NCBI RefSeq assembly: GCF_009914755.1
Contig: NC_060934.1
From: the human T2T-CHM13v2.0 reference genome, Homo sapiens
Reading direction: 5' to 3' (one strand)
Length of the DNA: 64,000 nt
Every line of letters starts with the position of its first letter. Position 1 is the first letter of the stretch. Shown one piece after another: positions 13,313 to 28,064 of the stretch. The notes beneath the pieces are model-generated. The model saw only the letters and a program-made list of their open reading frames with translations. It had not been told where the DNA came from and did no database searches. A program made the translations under genes and the position numbers.

Positions 13313-13386
13313 TTAAATGCTTGCTTCTAATAAGGGTGTATTAAAAGAGTTAAATGCTTTCTTCTAATAAGGGTATATTAAAAGAG
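13313..13386 (+). repeat. 37-bp tandem duplication, 2 mismatches
   Basis: ttaaatgctt(g/t)cttctaataagggt(g/a)tattaaaagag twice. Confidence 0.95.
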
Positions 13387-13654
13387 TTTCTTTCCAACAC
13401 CCAATTTACTAATTTATCACTAAGAAATAGCGTTTTTGCTAAGTAATAAGGAAATTAAGAACTGATGATGGAAAAGGAAACTATATAGGGGAATATAATA
13501 GGAAACATAAAAGGGAAATATGTCTGCAAAAAGTAGGATTACAAGGTCATGTTTCTTTAGAATGAGGAGCCTGTTTCCATTTTCACAAATTAAAATCATT
13601 TGAAAGCACATATACTTATCAGGATGGGTTCCTAAAACTTTTTTCTCAACTCTC

Positions 13655-13659
<5 letters not shown>

Positions 13660-13699
<40 letters not shown>
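13660..13699 (+). repeat. (TG)~20 microsatellite
   Basis: Read directly. Confidence 0.97.
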
Positions 13700-13700
<1 letters not shown>

Positions 13701-13740
13701 TACACATCCACATATATACATACATACACATATATATTCA

Positions 13741-14139
<399 letters not shown>

Positions 14140-14502
14140 CTACATTAAAAACACAATGACTACTTGGATAAAAACTGGATTACCAAATTATCTAAATGAG
14201 CCATTTGTGTGCTATTTGATGGTGGTATATTTTTATATCTTGGATATTATCCATATACTGAATATATATGTTCCAATATTCTAAATCTCTAATATAATTC
14301 AATTACTTGAAATAACATATTAAATAATCTGAGAGAGGGCAGAGAACGAATTAAGCCTCAATTATTTTTACAATATGCTGTATGCTTGGTGTTAACACAG
14401 GTGTTCATTCATTATTCTCAAGGCCTTTTTGTATAGCTAAAATATTTCATATTATAATAAGTTGTGTGTCATAGCAGATCATGTTAAAAGAAATCTAAAG
14501 TT

Positions 14503-14801
14503 GCCCGAGCGTGGTGGCTCACGTTTGTAATCCCAGAACTTTGGGAGGCCGAGGCTGATGGATCACTTGAGGTCAGGAGTTCGAGACCATCCTGGCCAAC
14601 ATGGTGAAACCCCATCTCTACTAAAAATACAAAATTAGCCAGGCATGGTGGCATGTGCCTGTAGTCCCAGCTACTCTGGAGGCTGAGGCACGAGAATCAC
14701 TTGAACCGGGAGGCAGAGGTTGCAGTGAGCCGAGATCACACCACTGTACTCCAGCCTGGGTGACAGAGCGAGACTTTTGTCAAAAAAAAAAGAAAAAAAG
14801 A
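14503..14801 (+). mobile_element. AluS-type SINE with 17-bp TSD
   Basis: Full dimer; TSD aaaagaaatctaaagtt at 14486-14502 and 14802-14818. Confidence 0.96.
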
Positions 14802-15399
14802 AAAAGAAATCTAAAGTTAAAAAATAATCTAAAGTTTCCATTTTGCCATTCAACTTCCATGTTTACCCACAGCTCCTCTTTTCTGGTAGCTGTTTTCAGT
14901 TAAGGAAAGGGAACACTGGGTGGAGGATGGGACAGGAACACTCCTTTCACAGAGGGCTCTGCATATAGCAGTCCCCTTGAGCATGAATTTTCCAAGCTTT
15001 GATAAAATCTATTGAGGAGGTAAAGAGAGGATTCATCTTTAAAATATTGTCAATGTATAGTTAATTAAATAGAGTTTATTCTGCTGCAATCTTACAGCCC
15101 TGAGAGGTACAGAATGCTGAGGTTCATAAATGCTGTCAGCAACACAGTGAGGCAGTGAGGGTGAGGAGAGGAAGGGGGGATAAAAACAATTGCATGAAAA
15201 ATAGAATAAATTTTGAGATGTCTTCTAAATCAAAGCTCATCCAATATGGAGAATTGAAAAAAAATTAAACAAGGAACATTTGAGATTCATGGTATAGAAA
15301 TCTCCCTTTCCCTAAACATTCTTTAAGGTCTTCTTTCAATTATTTCTGACAGTTATGGCAACATATTATGAGAGTAATATGTCCACTATGGGGGGGATA

Positions 15400-16044
15400 C
15401 GCATTAGTTCACTATTGTTGCCATAACAAATTACCACAAACCCAACAGCCTACCACAACATAAATGTATTTGTTCTCAGTTCTATAGGTCAGAAATCTGG
15501 CTGGGTTCAGCTGATTCCTGGGGTCTAAAAGGTCCAAATCAAGTTGCTGGCCAGCCTGGGCTCTTATTTGAAGGTCTGAGCAAAGAAAGTACTTCCACGC
15601 CAAGGTCAGTGGCTGAATTCAATTCCATGCTACCATAGAACTGACATCTCAATTTCCTTGGGGCTCTTCTCCAGGGATGGTTCTTAACTTCCAGAGATCA
15701 ATCACTTTCCTTGGCTCAGGGTCCCCTTCCTCCATCTTAAAGGCAGCAACAATAGGCTGTGTCCTTCTCACATTTTAAATCCTTCTAACCTCCCCTTCTA
15801 CCTCTTCTCTTCTAGGCTCCCCTCACCGACTGATTTTTCTGTTCTCCGATTCTGCCCTTAAAGGGTTCATGTGATTACATTGATCTCACCTGGATAATCT
15901 AGGCTAATCTCCTTTTTCTTTAAACGTCAATGATTAGTAATATTAGTTTCATATTCAAAATTCCTTCAAAACATTACCTAGGTTAGCATTTGATTATAAC
16001 CAGGAATGGGAATCTTGCAGAGACATCTGAATTCTGTCTACCAC
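15400..16044 (-). mobile_element. MLT1E-like MaLR solo LTR
   Basis: 'ccataacaaattaccacaaa...cagttctataggtcagaaatct...gtgattacattgatctcacctggataatc...gaattctgtctaccaca'. Confidence 0.85.
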
Positions 16045-16934
16045 AGGGTGTGCCCACCAGATTCAAACAGACCTGCCAACCAGAAATTGGCAGTTTGATT
16101 TATATTTCTCAGTCTATGAAACATAACATTTCTCTAAATGAAGCATTCTTAAATAGTATTTGATTACTCAAGTGGATAACTTCATGGCTAATGATAAAGC
16201 TTTTCTATTAGAAGTTTCCATTAAGAATGCTTTTGTTTGAGTTGTTTTGTGTTTTAAAACAGGACTTGGATTTCTTGGGAGAAGCTGTTTAAACAAAGGA
16301 GAGAGGATATTATTTGATTACAATTAGAGATGTCTTTTTGTAGGAAGCAATTATCAGTATAAATTAAGAACCAAACTGCAAATTCAATTATTCCTAAGTA
16401 TTTACTAGAGAAACATTAGTTTAACTGTAATTCTTCTGGAAATTAACCCCATAAAATATGTTATAAGAGCATTAATTGCATTTTTATAGTTAAAATATGA
16501 CGCAATAACAATATTACAAAAGCTATTTGATCCATATTAATTTTGTACAATTGCTGAAAACCATCTATTGAAATCATTTTTTTAATATTTGAATTGGAGT
16601 GCATTAGGTTACTCCTTTGAAGATTTATGCATTACCCAAGAAAGAGAAAACCAATTTTTAAAAATACCAATTAAATGAAGATACTCAGTTAAATTAAAAA
16701 ATAATTCTAATGCTCCAAATTCTTGCTGTGAATTTGCTTATTGTGGAATCAGAACATATTTGAAAGAATGAAAATGGCCGATTTTAAAGTACTTTTGAAT
16801 TTTCTGTTACTTTTCTTGTTAAACCCTAAATAGTTATAATAATTGTAATGAAAATGTTTTTAGTTACTGACCTCCACATGAGTGGCAACATGAGTTTCAC
16901 ACAGTTACATATATTCAGCTGATAAACCAGGTAG

Positions 16935-17200
16935 TAAAAGGAAATGATTAAGATCACAGGACTCTGAAGTCAGACTACCTAGATTTCAGTCCCATTTGTC
17001 ACTTTATCTGAATGGCTTGAGGCAAATTATTCAGCCTCTCTATGCCTCAGCTTCCTTCTGTAAAACGGGGATAAGAGTAGTACACATTACTCCCAGGGTT
17101 GCTGTGAGGATAAAATAGGATAATACATACAAGTAAATACATGTAAAGTCATGTAAATGTTTCATAGTTGGTATGGACTAAATAAATGCTGGTTATTATT
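16935..17200 (+). mobile_element. MIR SINE
   Basis: 'ggactctgaagtcagactacct...ggcaaattattcagcctctctatgcctcagcttcc...tgtaaaacggggataa...gttgctgtgaggataaaa'. Confidence 0.85.
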
Positions 17201-19079
17201 CTTGAAGTGATGTCCAATGTTAGGCCCTAGACTGACAAACTGAGACCTCAACTCTTCAAACCTGTCAGCATTAGGATATAGAGGCAAACAGCCTTGGCCT
17301 CAGTAGAACTGACCTGTAGTCAAGTCAGCTGATCAACAGAGAGAATGGAGGAAGGGGCTGAAGAGTCCCTACAGAACTCCAGCAATTAGCTCTGTACTCC
17401 TACTGGCTAGCTATGTTTTCACCGCTACAAAGATGCTATCGATATATCCCTCATCCTGGCCATTCACCTTGGTCATTCATTTTTTATCAAAAAAAAAATA
17501 GTGAGTACCTAACAAAGTTATAGGCTCTGTGTGAAGAAGATATAAAGAGCTGAATTTTAAAATTATAAGATTTTCTGCTCTTACGGAGTTCACAGTCTTG
17601 CAAACAAACACTAGCAACCCCAAGCCATCCTTCCTTTTGACTCACTGATTTAAATTGAACAAGAAAGCCACTTTCCTATTGAAAGTAATAAAAATTAGGG
17701 AAAAAAGATGAAAATGGTATCATGAGATGTCGAAGTTGAGGTGCTATCAATGCTTTGGGGGTTATGTATCAAAATTTCCTTAAGACTTTTTTACGACATT
17801 GTCACTCACAGTTTTATTAAAACAGACACTCAAAGGAAAGCTATGGAAAAATAACACAGTGTCTCTGGTTCCTACAAGGTATTTGGTTATGGTGGGAGAG
17901 GAGACGTAAATTACCTCTTTACTTCCACATACCCACAGAGACCCTCCATCACATCTGCTTTTCTCCACCCACCCGAGCAACACCCACTATCTTAATACCA
18001 AGTGCTGTATAATCAACTGAGTTAAACTATTTTCAATTTAAGCTCAAGAAAGTTTAGAAGAGCTCCTTAAGGAGTAGCAGTTTAGATCCAAAAAGCTCTT
18101 AAGATTGATCAGCCTTCTTTCATGCAGTCTATATTCTGAGGGTCTCAGAATTTTAGGCTTAGAAGAAAATTTTAATATATAATAAAATTATTTTATTCTT
18201 CTAAATATTTGAATAATTTTCTCAAAGCCATATGGATGTTAGTTGCAAATCCAGATCTGGGCCTTAAATTCCATTTCTATTTCAACTTCTTTCCACATCA
18301 GCATGTATTATAATTGAATATAATGGGCATTTACTACTGCCAAGGATAGATTCTAAAGTACTGATTCAATCTATTGCTAATGAGGCATTAAATGTCCACA
18401 GCTGATAACAAATAGCATGAAAAATATTTGAAAACAGAATTTATCACCATTTAGCACCACTTTAGTCAGATTGCATACCACCTTTGTTTATGTATTCCAT
18501 CATGCTTATCTCTTTGTTAAAGATTTTTGTTCGTTAAATCACCATATAGACATATTACATACATTAATGAAATTATAAACTTGACTTTGAAGTTGATGTA
18601 GCTAAAAAATATTGGGAAAAGAGTAAAAGATTCATTAAGTGTTGCTAAATTGTAAGTGGTTCTATGTTATGTTTCCAAACAAAAGAAATCGTCTACATTA
18701 CAACATTGTAAAAGTAATGACCACAAATAAAATAACACTTTAATACACCAGGCTTGCTCCAATACTGAAATTTTTCTTTTAGTTTAAGATACAAAACTCC
18801 TAGACACTTGTTTATTAAGAATATCTTTACTGGTGGAAAATGATATATTTAAGCTTCCAATTTATGAATAATTAAATTCCTATGATTAGATATACCAAAT
18901 ACAGCCACATCGTCAAAGGATATACTACATAATCTTAAAGGCAATGAAGATTAGATATGGGCCTTATTATATTCATCATTTCAAAGAAACATCAAAAGAC
19001 ATCTGAATAAAATAAACAGGAGTTTTTATTTTTATTTTTATTTTTGCTTGTATCAAGAACTTTCTGAGCACACTGTCTG

Positions 19080-20640
19080 GCAAATTTAGAGTGTCAGATT
19101 AGAAGTTCAATGGCAATTTGATTCTTGTCTTTGTAAACATTTTTACATTCTACCAGGAAGTGTATAGGTTTTTCTTTTTATTATTGAAATTTAGAAATCT
19201 CACAATAATATCTAGATGTGAGCCTTCTTTCATTATCACTATACTAACTCAGCACTTGTTAATTTTTTTTTTGGTCTGAAGCCTCAAGTCTTTAGCTCAA
19301 GAGAGTATCTTCTCCTGTGACTATTGTTTCTCCTCAATCAATTCCATCTATTCTTATAAGATTTATGTATTGGGTGTTAGTGCCAAGATTCTCTAATATT
19401 TGCTGAGATTTTCTAACTTCTTCTTTTAAAATCTGACATATGGGATAACTCCTTGGGTTTGCTTCTGATTTTTATTGATAGCTGTTGTGCTCTTTTCTTG
19501 TCCTAGTAAGGGTTTTTATTTGCTTTTGGGTTTTTTTGTTGTTGTTCTTTTATTATTTCTTCAAAACAATGGTCATCTTCTTTTCAGTTTCTAAGTCCTT
19601 GGTATTCAGTGTATAGTGTAATTAAGGTTATGGGCACTGAATGTAGGTCTTTCTAGAGCCTTGGGTTAGCACTTTCCTAGCTATTTTACCTTGGGCAAGG
19701 TATATTAACTATGCCTCAGTTTTCTCACCACATAGAGATAATGTGCAATAATCTTCAGTAATATTACCCTATTGCTCCTTTGCATAGCAGTGTGTTTGCT
19801 CTTTTACAGAGTGAAGAAAAAAAAAACCTCCCAAATATCAATGAGGACATCAATTAGAATTCTAAATCATTATCTTTTGTCTACCTGTAATATCTATATT
19901 TCATTTGTTCTAATTCCCAGCTTTATCCCTATTCTCTCCAATGATGGGTAATACTTTATTATCTGTTCATATGTATGCGTTCAGCGTTAGATTGCCCATC
20001 CTAGTGGTTGATACGGGCTCCCTCTGCTTAGGCCACCTTTGATGTCATGAAATTGCTGTGTTCAGGGCATAAAGAGGAACAGAAAGGTTGATTTATTCCC
20101 AGGTGCATATGCTGGAAATGAACCTGATACATCTGTTTCAAAGAGAAAAAGCAAAGTTAAAGTGGGTAGGAAAAGCTCCAACTGCATTTAGAATGCCGAT
20201 GACACCAAGTGGAAGAAGCACCAGGGCAAATATTTCAGCTATCTTCTCTCTGCAGAGCTCTAATAAATCCTAGAGGGCCTCTTGTGTGATTCTCTCTGAC
20301 ATTCCCACTCTTTCAAATGGGGGTTAAACAACGCTACAGCTTCCCAAGCATAAGATTCCCACAGTTTTCTGCTGGAAAGACTGTCTACTTGCCTCTCAGG
20401 GCTTCCTTACCTGGTTTATATTGAGCAAAACAAAAGCCATTGTCAGCTCCTTGATTAAACCCGATCCATCTGCTGCTGCTTTTTTTTTTCTTTTTAAATA
20501 AATTACTGAAAGAGTATGCTTGCTTGATGTTACCCTTCCTATTTTCTAGTATTACTACATACCTTTTTGCTCATTTTGTGCTTCTTTAGTCATTTTCATG
20601 GGGTTAAGATATGAAGGGAAGAAAAAAAATGAGTTGGTTT
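19080..20640 (-). mobile_element. HAL1/old L1 ORF1-like fragments with a nested MIR (~19605-19745)
   Basis: 'agaagttcaatggcaatttgattcttgtctttgtaaac...tttagaaatctcacaataatatctagatgtgag...gtctgaagcctcaagtctttagctc' resembles antisense HAL1; right boundary uncertain. Confidence 0.5.
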
Positions 20641-22516
20641 AACTTCCCATCCTAAAGCTGGAAATTATATTTTGGATCTTGAAAATAACCAAAATATTCA
20701 TTATTTTTATGGCAGTTGAGTTAGTCGAGGAACAGATTCTATGTAATGTCATGTTAAGTTGCTTATTTAGCTAAAATGATGCAAAGTAAATAGCTGTCAA
20801 CATGATTAAAATTACTTGCAATCTGAATTTAATTAAATTGAGAACTATGTTATTTTCCTACTTTCTCCAACCTCTGGCCACTTAATTAGTAAGATTTACT
20901 TTTAGTTCATCTCAAAATTTCTGTGCTTATGGTCAAGAGTGGTTATGTGAACAACTCAAAAGAGACATCCAGCCTGAATCATTTTTATTGGCACAGATAC
21001 CATTATGTGACTGTTTGGGTTACTATTTGCCTTCTTAATTATATTATCTTCAGCCTAATACATGAAAATAAGATTTCAATCCCTGTGGCTATGACAGAAT
21101 ATTTGGGAGATACTATCTGGAGAAAGCAAAGGCTATGCCACCCAGAAATTTGAATCTGGAAACACAGAAGTTGCAACCTGACTATATAAAATCAAAAGGA
21201 CCAAAGAGAGGTGCAAGGTCTCAGAGCTATTGTTTACATAAAACCAGTCATGTCTAAATCATTGGAAGAAAGCTTTTGTACAACGGAGGATTTATTTTCT
21301 GTTAACATAAATAATGGGAATTTCTACATGTTAGAGTTAAAACCTTTAAAACACACACACACACACACACAACTGCAATTTATCTTATTCCTTCCAGGTT
21401 GTGAAATGGACTGGGGGAAAAAGAAAACGGTGACAGAGAAAGAGGTTAGACTGGCTTGTTCTGTGTAGGCAGGCTGTCAAAATGGCTGCTGGGATAGGAA
21501 AAGGTATTCAACTTTATGCAGTGAAGGAAGCTGTACAGACTCCTCCTGAGCGTCTGTGAGGTCAAATGCTATGCACCCCAATCTACTTCCTGAAATTAAT
21601 AGCCAGGTGTTATGCTAGTTACTGTACCTTAATCATTAATTATGACTGTGGCAGCAAGAGAGAAAAAAATTCTAGGATACATGAGCTAGAGTGATAAAGG
21701 GAAAGCATCAATCACGCATGACAGGAAAGCCAAAGGTACCCTCTCTCTGCCTGGGATACTTTCATTTGTGACTGCAGATTTTCTCCTACATCAGACTTCA
21801 AACTTCAGAGAAACCATTTCTCATAGCCTGCCTCTCTCTCTTTCTCCCTCTCACAACCAGCTATGGTCCTAGGACTCAGGAGGATGAAAACAAAATAAAA
21901 CACATTTGTTAGTAATGCCATATTTTCCATGTACTACCACCAGGATCTATTTGAAATTAAAGGTAATTTATACAAATAAAATATTCAGTCAAGAGATGAT
22001 TTATTCAAAAAAGCAAGCTACAGCAAGAATGGAGTTTAGAGTCAATAGTTAATAAACATTCTGGCAGCACAGGCTGGCCCACATGCCTTCATTTTTCTAC
22101 AATGTCATAAATGTGTTGCATGTCATCTTAAACAAGTGGGCAGAGCAGGTGAATCTCCCTCAAAGTCTCATGGCACAGTCTAGTATGTTACAAATCTTGA
22201 TAAGCAGAAACCCAAGCCACATTCTGGTGGTACTGAGTGGTCAGAAATGGGGTATTTGGAAGTAGGAAGAAATACATTAATTTAGTTGAATGGAAGGAAA
22301 CTAAGTTGGGTTCTACTTTACTATGGTATTGTGGATAGATTACTTGACTTCTCTAGCATTGGTTTCCTGTTTGTAAATGACTGGTTTGAGCCAGATCAGG
22401 AACCCTTATTCTGGGGTGACATAGGAGCTTCAGAGGATCTGGCAGGAAACTCAAATTATAGGAGAAATTGTTCAGCATATTATTTAAGTGTTACTAAAAA
22501 AACATACACACTAAAG

Positions 22517-23163
22517 GAGTGCTTCTCTAACTATCTGTAGTGAAGAATTAGCACTTTGTAATTTCCAATCTGCTATGAACCACCTCCTTTTAAAAATCAT
22601 ACAAAAATGAAATAAAAAATAATTTTATACAAAATAGAAGCCCACTTTTTTTTTAATCAGACTCAATAGATATAAAAATACTCCTTCAAGTTGCTATAAA
22701 GATGATATGGTATGGCTGTGTTCCCACCCAAATCTCATCTTGAATTGTAGCACCCATAATTCCCACATGTCATGGGAAGGACCCAATGGGAGGTAATTGA
22801 ATCATGTGGGCGGAGCTTTCCCATGCTGTTTTCATGATAGTGAATAAGTCTCATGAGATTTGATGGTTTTATAAAGGGGAGTTCCCCTACACAAGCTCTC
22901 TTACCTGCTGCCATGTAAGATGTGCTTTTGCTTCTCATTTCCCTTCTGCCATGATTATAAGCCTCCCCAGCCATGTGGAACCTCTTTCCTTTATAAGGTC
23001 CATTAAACTTCTTTCCTTTATAAATTACCCGGTCTCTGGTATGTCTTTATTAGCAGTGTGAGAATAGACTAATACAAAAGATTTTAAAATCTTCCTATCA
23101 ACTTGGGTCATTGTAATGGACTGACCAGAACTGGACCATAGGTCAAACTTTGAGTAACAACTA
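22517..23163. mobile_element. Charlie18a-like hAT MITE split by a THE1B LTR
   Basis: Left end 'gagtgcttctctaactatctgtagtgaag', right end 'aaactttgagtaacaact'; sequence is continuous once the LTR is removed. Confidence 0.7.
22703..23076 (+). mobile_element. THE1B MaLR solo LTR with perfect 5-bp TSD
   Basis: tgatatgg...gactaataca termini; TSD aaaga at 22698-22702 and 23077-23081. Confidence 0.95.
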
Positions 23164-23589
23164 TTCTAAGGTTCCTTCCAGCTATAATCTTAAAACTTTC
23201 TATGTAAAAAACAGATATCCCTATGTCCATTCTGCCTCAACTCCTCCTGCCAAAACCATACAATCTCACTTGCCATTGCATTCAGCACTATAAACGGAAC
23301 TCAATCTAAAGGTCCATCTTCCTTGAAATGCAATGAAAGATTGTAAATAATAATGACAATGACAACAAAATATGCTTTCCCTTGTCACTGGTGATTATTT
23401 ATGTTCCCTGAACAACAAGGATAAAAATGAGGGAAAGCCTGTAGGACTACTTACCACTAGAACCTAGGCCATCTGCTCCCTGACCTAGTAGTTCCCTCAT
23501 CTATGCTTTTGTGCTCTCATAATTATCCTGACTCAGAAAGCCTTTACTAGCCTTTCCCCTATTCCCTACCTGCAGTCTTTTCAAGATCC

Positions 23590-24810
23590 TTACTGCATTT
23601 ATTGGGTACTCAAAGCTTATCTATTAAGCACTTACAAATAGAAGAGGATAAAATTATAATTATTTGGTCCCTGTCACATACACACACACATGCACACATG
23701 CATACACATATATACATATATGGCCCCTGCCCTTAAGTTGTCTAGAGCAATTCAATGTTTATAAGTATGTTATATGAAGAATCACAACAGGGAATGCAGA
23801 AGGGGCAATGACAAAAGTCAAAGTTAGACAGGAAGGGTCACATAAGACTTCTTAGAAGAACACTTTTGGGGCTATTTCTTGAGTCATGACTATCTGGTGA
23901 TCTGGCTGTAATATTAAAGAGGCTTAGTCAGCTCACTGAACTATTACTTGCAGTTCTTCCCTTCCTTTATTGCTACATATTTGGTCTAGAAGTACATTCT
24001 TTCCAAAGAGTCGACTCCTCTTTCATCAAGAGTGTTCTAATTAACTAAGGGGGGAAAAACATGTGTATGAGAGTGTGTGTGTGTGTGCACGCAAGTGTGT
24101 CAGTTTTATGTGTTTGGTGGGAGAAAGGCAAAGAATCTGGGAGAGCAGCGCATGTAAAGTAATGTTTAAAGGCTGGAGAAGGAGGGACCACCAGGTCATG
24201 AAGCTTCTTGTATATTTCCCTAAGGATTCTGGATTCATCCTGAGCACACTGGTGACTCATTAAAAGGTTTTAAGTAAGGGTGTAATATGGTCAATGTTTT
24301 GTTTTTAAAAGATCACTCTAGCAGCATGATGTAGGATATCTAGGTGGTGAGCAGGGTGGATCTGGTAGTGCCAAGGTGTTCATCTAATAATTCAAATGAG
24401 AAATCATGAAATCCTAGACTAAGTCAGTAGCAGACAGGAATGCGAAGCCATTTCAATCTGAGACAGATTTGAAGCACACCAAGAAGGCAGAATTACTGGC
24501 TATGAATCATGGACAAATGAATGAATGAATGATGAATGATTTTGAGGATACTAGCTTCAGCAATTGGGAGATTGGTGATTTCATTCCCTGAAAGAGAAAA
24601 ACACTCGTGTAAATACAAGATGAGAGTGTAACAAACAAGAATTCAGATTTAAATAAGTTAAATTCAAGGTGTCTGCAGAATGTTTATATGGAGAAGTCTG
24701 TTGGGAGGTAGAAACAGGAGTCTGTAGTTAGAAGTTGGGTCTGGACTAGAGAAAATAAGTTGATCAACAGTAACTGAAGGCTTGAGATGGGTGTGATTAC
24801 TTCAGCATGC
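23590..24810 (-). mobile_element. L2 fragments with embedded CA/TG low-complexity tracts
   Basis: 'taaggattctggattcatcctgagcacactgg...ttttaaaagatcactctagcagc...gaattcagatttaaataagttaaattcaaggtgtct'. Confidence 0.6.
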
Positions 24811-25249
24811 CTTGCCTGAGGAACTTCATTCCACTCCAATAGATTTGATTTTACCCCAGAAGTATTCTTCATTTTTATCACCTGTATGTTTTCCTTAATA
24901 GGCATTGTATAAAAATATACTCTTTTTTACTAAATAAAAACATAAGTGGGAAAAATAAGCTAAAGGGCCAATGAGGTACAGCAATGAAGATAAAGTTGGA
25001 CTGTGACTTACACACAACATGCAAACTACTTGATACCATTTACTGATCTCTGGATCACACTCTGACACTACACTTTCAAGCAACAATGCAAAGGGTGACG
25101 AAATCGCAAGTTACATATTTAATACTCATACAATAAAAGTAAACCAATTTCTCCAAAACAGAATTATTTATGTTACTGTGAGCTGAGAAAAATTTCTCCT
25201 GAAGGTCCTCATAAGAAGAGCATTCACCATATTAATGGTGAGCAGTATC

Positions 25250-25571
<322 letters not shown>

Positions 25572-27879
25572 AGTGAGCCTTATTCTTAATCACATCCCCA
25601 TAGTGAATAAAAAATAATACTTACACAATTATTATATCCATCAATGTAAGGTGATAGTATAATAACAAAGAAGAGTAGAGGAAAGGCAATTCAAAGGAAG
25701 AAGAATGGCAAAATTCTGTCATTTATGTGGACAGCCCATGTGGATTGGTATGTATGAATGAACAGCAACATTTCCTTCAGGTATTCATCTATAATACTTG
25801 GGATATGGGATGTATTTTATCTCCCAAACTAGACTGGTATGTCCACATCTGCCTTTCCACTATTTAATGTCCACAACTTTCTTCAAGATGCATTCATTTG
25901 TTCCTTCAATAGTCAATAATTTTCTGAACTAAAGTCATGAAGGACTGAGTCTTAAAGGATACTTAGGAATGATTCAGACAAGATGGGAGACAGGGTAGGA
26001 ATAGAAACACTTCCAAACAGATGGATACGTAGCATGAACAAAGCTACCAAGGTAAGAATGAGCTTGGTATGCAAAGAAATATAAGCAATTTAGCATGGCA
26101 ACAATGATAATAATAAGGCAGAGAGAATGATGAGAGAGGAAGCTAAAAAGGTAGACAGGAGAGCATTGAAGGAATTTTTTCTTATCTCTACTCTTGGCAA
26201 ATACAACTCTTGGGGACTGAGATCATATGTAGCCTTAAATGTTGCATAAGCTGTGTATATGGCACAGAGGTGATCTCCAGTGTCTACATAAACTTTGTGG
26301 AATTTCACTGATGAAACAGTTTGTGCCATGGCTGGAGAAAAGCATTTGGATGCATATTTATTGACTGATGTATCGGATGTGATGTGATGTTTGAAATATG
26401 TCATAAGAGTGCTTTCTAGAAGAATTACCCATTTGTTCATTATGTAAGAGAGAAATTGTTTCTGGTCCTCTAGAATAGGACTTTGGGGAGTGACTGCATA
26501 TTACCCTGACTCATTCTGCCATCAATGTGCTGGAGTCACCATTCAACAACTGCTTCAACTCACTTGGTCCTAAGTTTGGCAGCTCAAAATTCCAACAACC
26601 TCACAGAATATACCTGGGGATCCAAACTGGAAACAGCTCATTAGATTCAAAATAGGAGGGTATATTTTAGAAAATAAAATCTAGCATACCTTTACTGGCT
26701 CTTAAAAAATCAGATTGGAATAGGTGGTCTGAAAATGAATTTATCCAGCAAACCATATTAAAAAACAAAACAAAACAATATCGGAGTCCTGGCCTAAATA
26801 AAGTGGTTGGTTACTACCTCCCTCTTCAATCACCTTAGGCTCTTGTAGCAAAAGGACTTTTACCATATTAGCTGCTACAAGATTTAATAAGGATATGATG
26901 TACTATATCCTTCATTTTGCTAGGCAACGCAACATTCTAAATAAGATTGAATGTTTGTCAATATTTGGAAGAGGAACCTCAGGGGTTTCTTTAAAAATTT
27001 CCTCTTTTCCTATTCCTCTAAGACTGATTTTAACCTAAAACTGATTTTTTCTTTTCATGTATACAAGATACCTTTTTGGGGGTTTGTGTTTATTTCCCCT
27101 GAAGAAGGCTTTACAGAGCTTGGATTTTAATGGAAATTTATTGCTGGATGTTTGATAGCCAAAAGGATTGTGTTTTGATCACAGTCAAAATGGCAATTTT
27201 CTCCACAGTAGCATAGCAGCATACTAGTACAAGGCCACTGCAGCTAGAAACCTGTGGGCGTGTCAGGTCCTTTGTAGTGAGTGTCAGTAGCACCTGCAAG
27301 AGCCCAATCCCTAACTGTGCTGGAAGGAGGTTTGATCCTATTAAGTTTCAAATAATATGTCAGCTTTTCAGCTTTGATACAAATTCCTCCAGAATTATCT
27401 ATTTTCCCACTTGTGATATAAGACTTCGTGAAATGTGTAAAATCTAAGAGGGTCTGCCTCATTTTCTGTGTTGGGAGAGCTTTGGAATGACCTCGGACTC
27501 TGTCAAGACTAGTATTTCTTGAGCTTTCCCCAAACCAATTAATCTTTTCATCTGGGGGTTATACAATGCACAATAATAAGAATTAAAGGTAAAAATTAAA
27601 AGAAAATAAAGAAATCTTGTTGTATAAGAATTAATGCAACACAAACATAGAGGCCATCTCCTCAAAACTGACCTGGATGGCTACAGATTAAAATATGGAT
27701 GGAAGGACCACTGAGAAAAAAGACAGACATAGAGAGCAAGAATTAATCTAATACTACATGTTTGGTACACAAACAACAAATCAAATTGAGCAAATTATTT
27801 TCTCAGGAGATTCTCTCAATCACTGTATTTTATTATCTGTGAATTCCAGTAAAATCCTCATTTTCTAGGTGGAGGCTTT

Positions 27880-27985
27880 CTTTTTTTTTTTTATTTCTGT
27901 TTTCTTTCTTTTTTCTTTTTCAGGTTTTATTTTAGATTCAGGGGGTACATGTACAGGTTTGTTATATGGGTATATTTCATGGTGA
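27880..27985 (-). mobile_element. Heavily 5'-truncated L1PA/L1PB 3' end
   Basis: T-rich tail then 'ttttattttagattcagggggtacatgtacaggtttgttatatgggtatatt'. Confidence 0.8.
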
Positions 27986-28064
27986 AGCCCTTTCAATAAC
28001 AAAAGGAAGAGGTAAATAATTATACAAACAAAACAAAGAAAAGCAACATTAAAGAATACATTTA

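Noticed and set aside
16870-16892. CTCF-like motif ccacatgagtggcaa
   Set aside because: Needs a gap to fit the CTCF core
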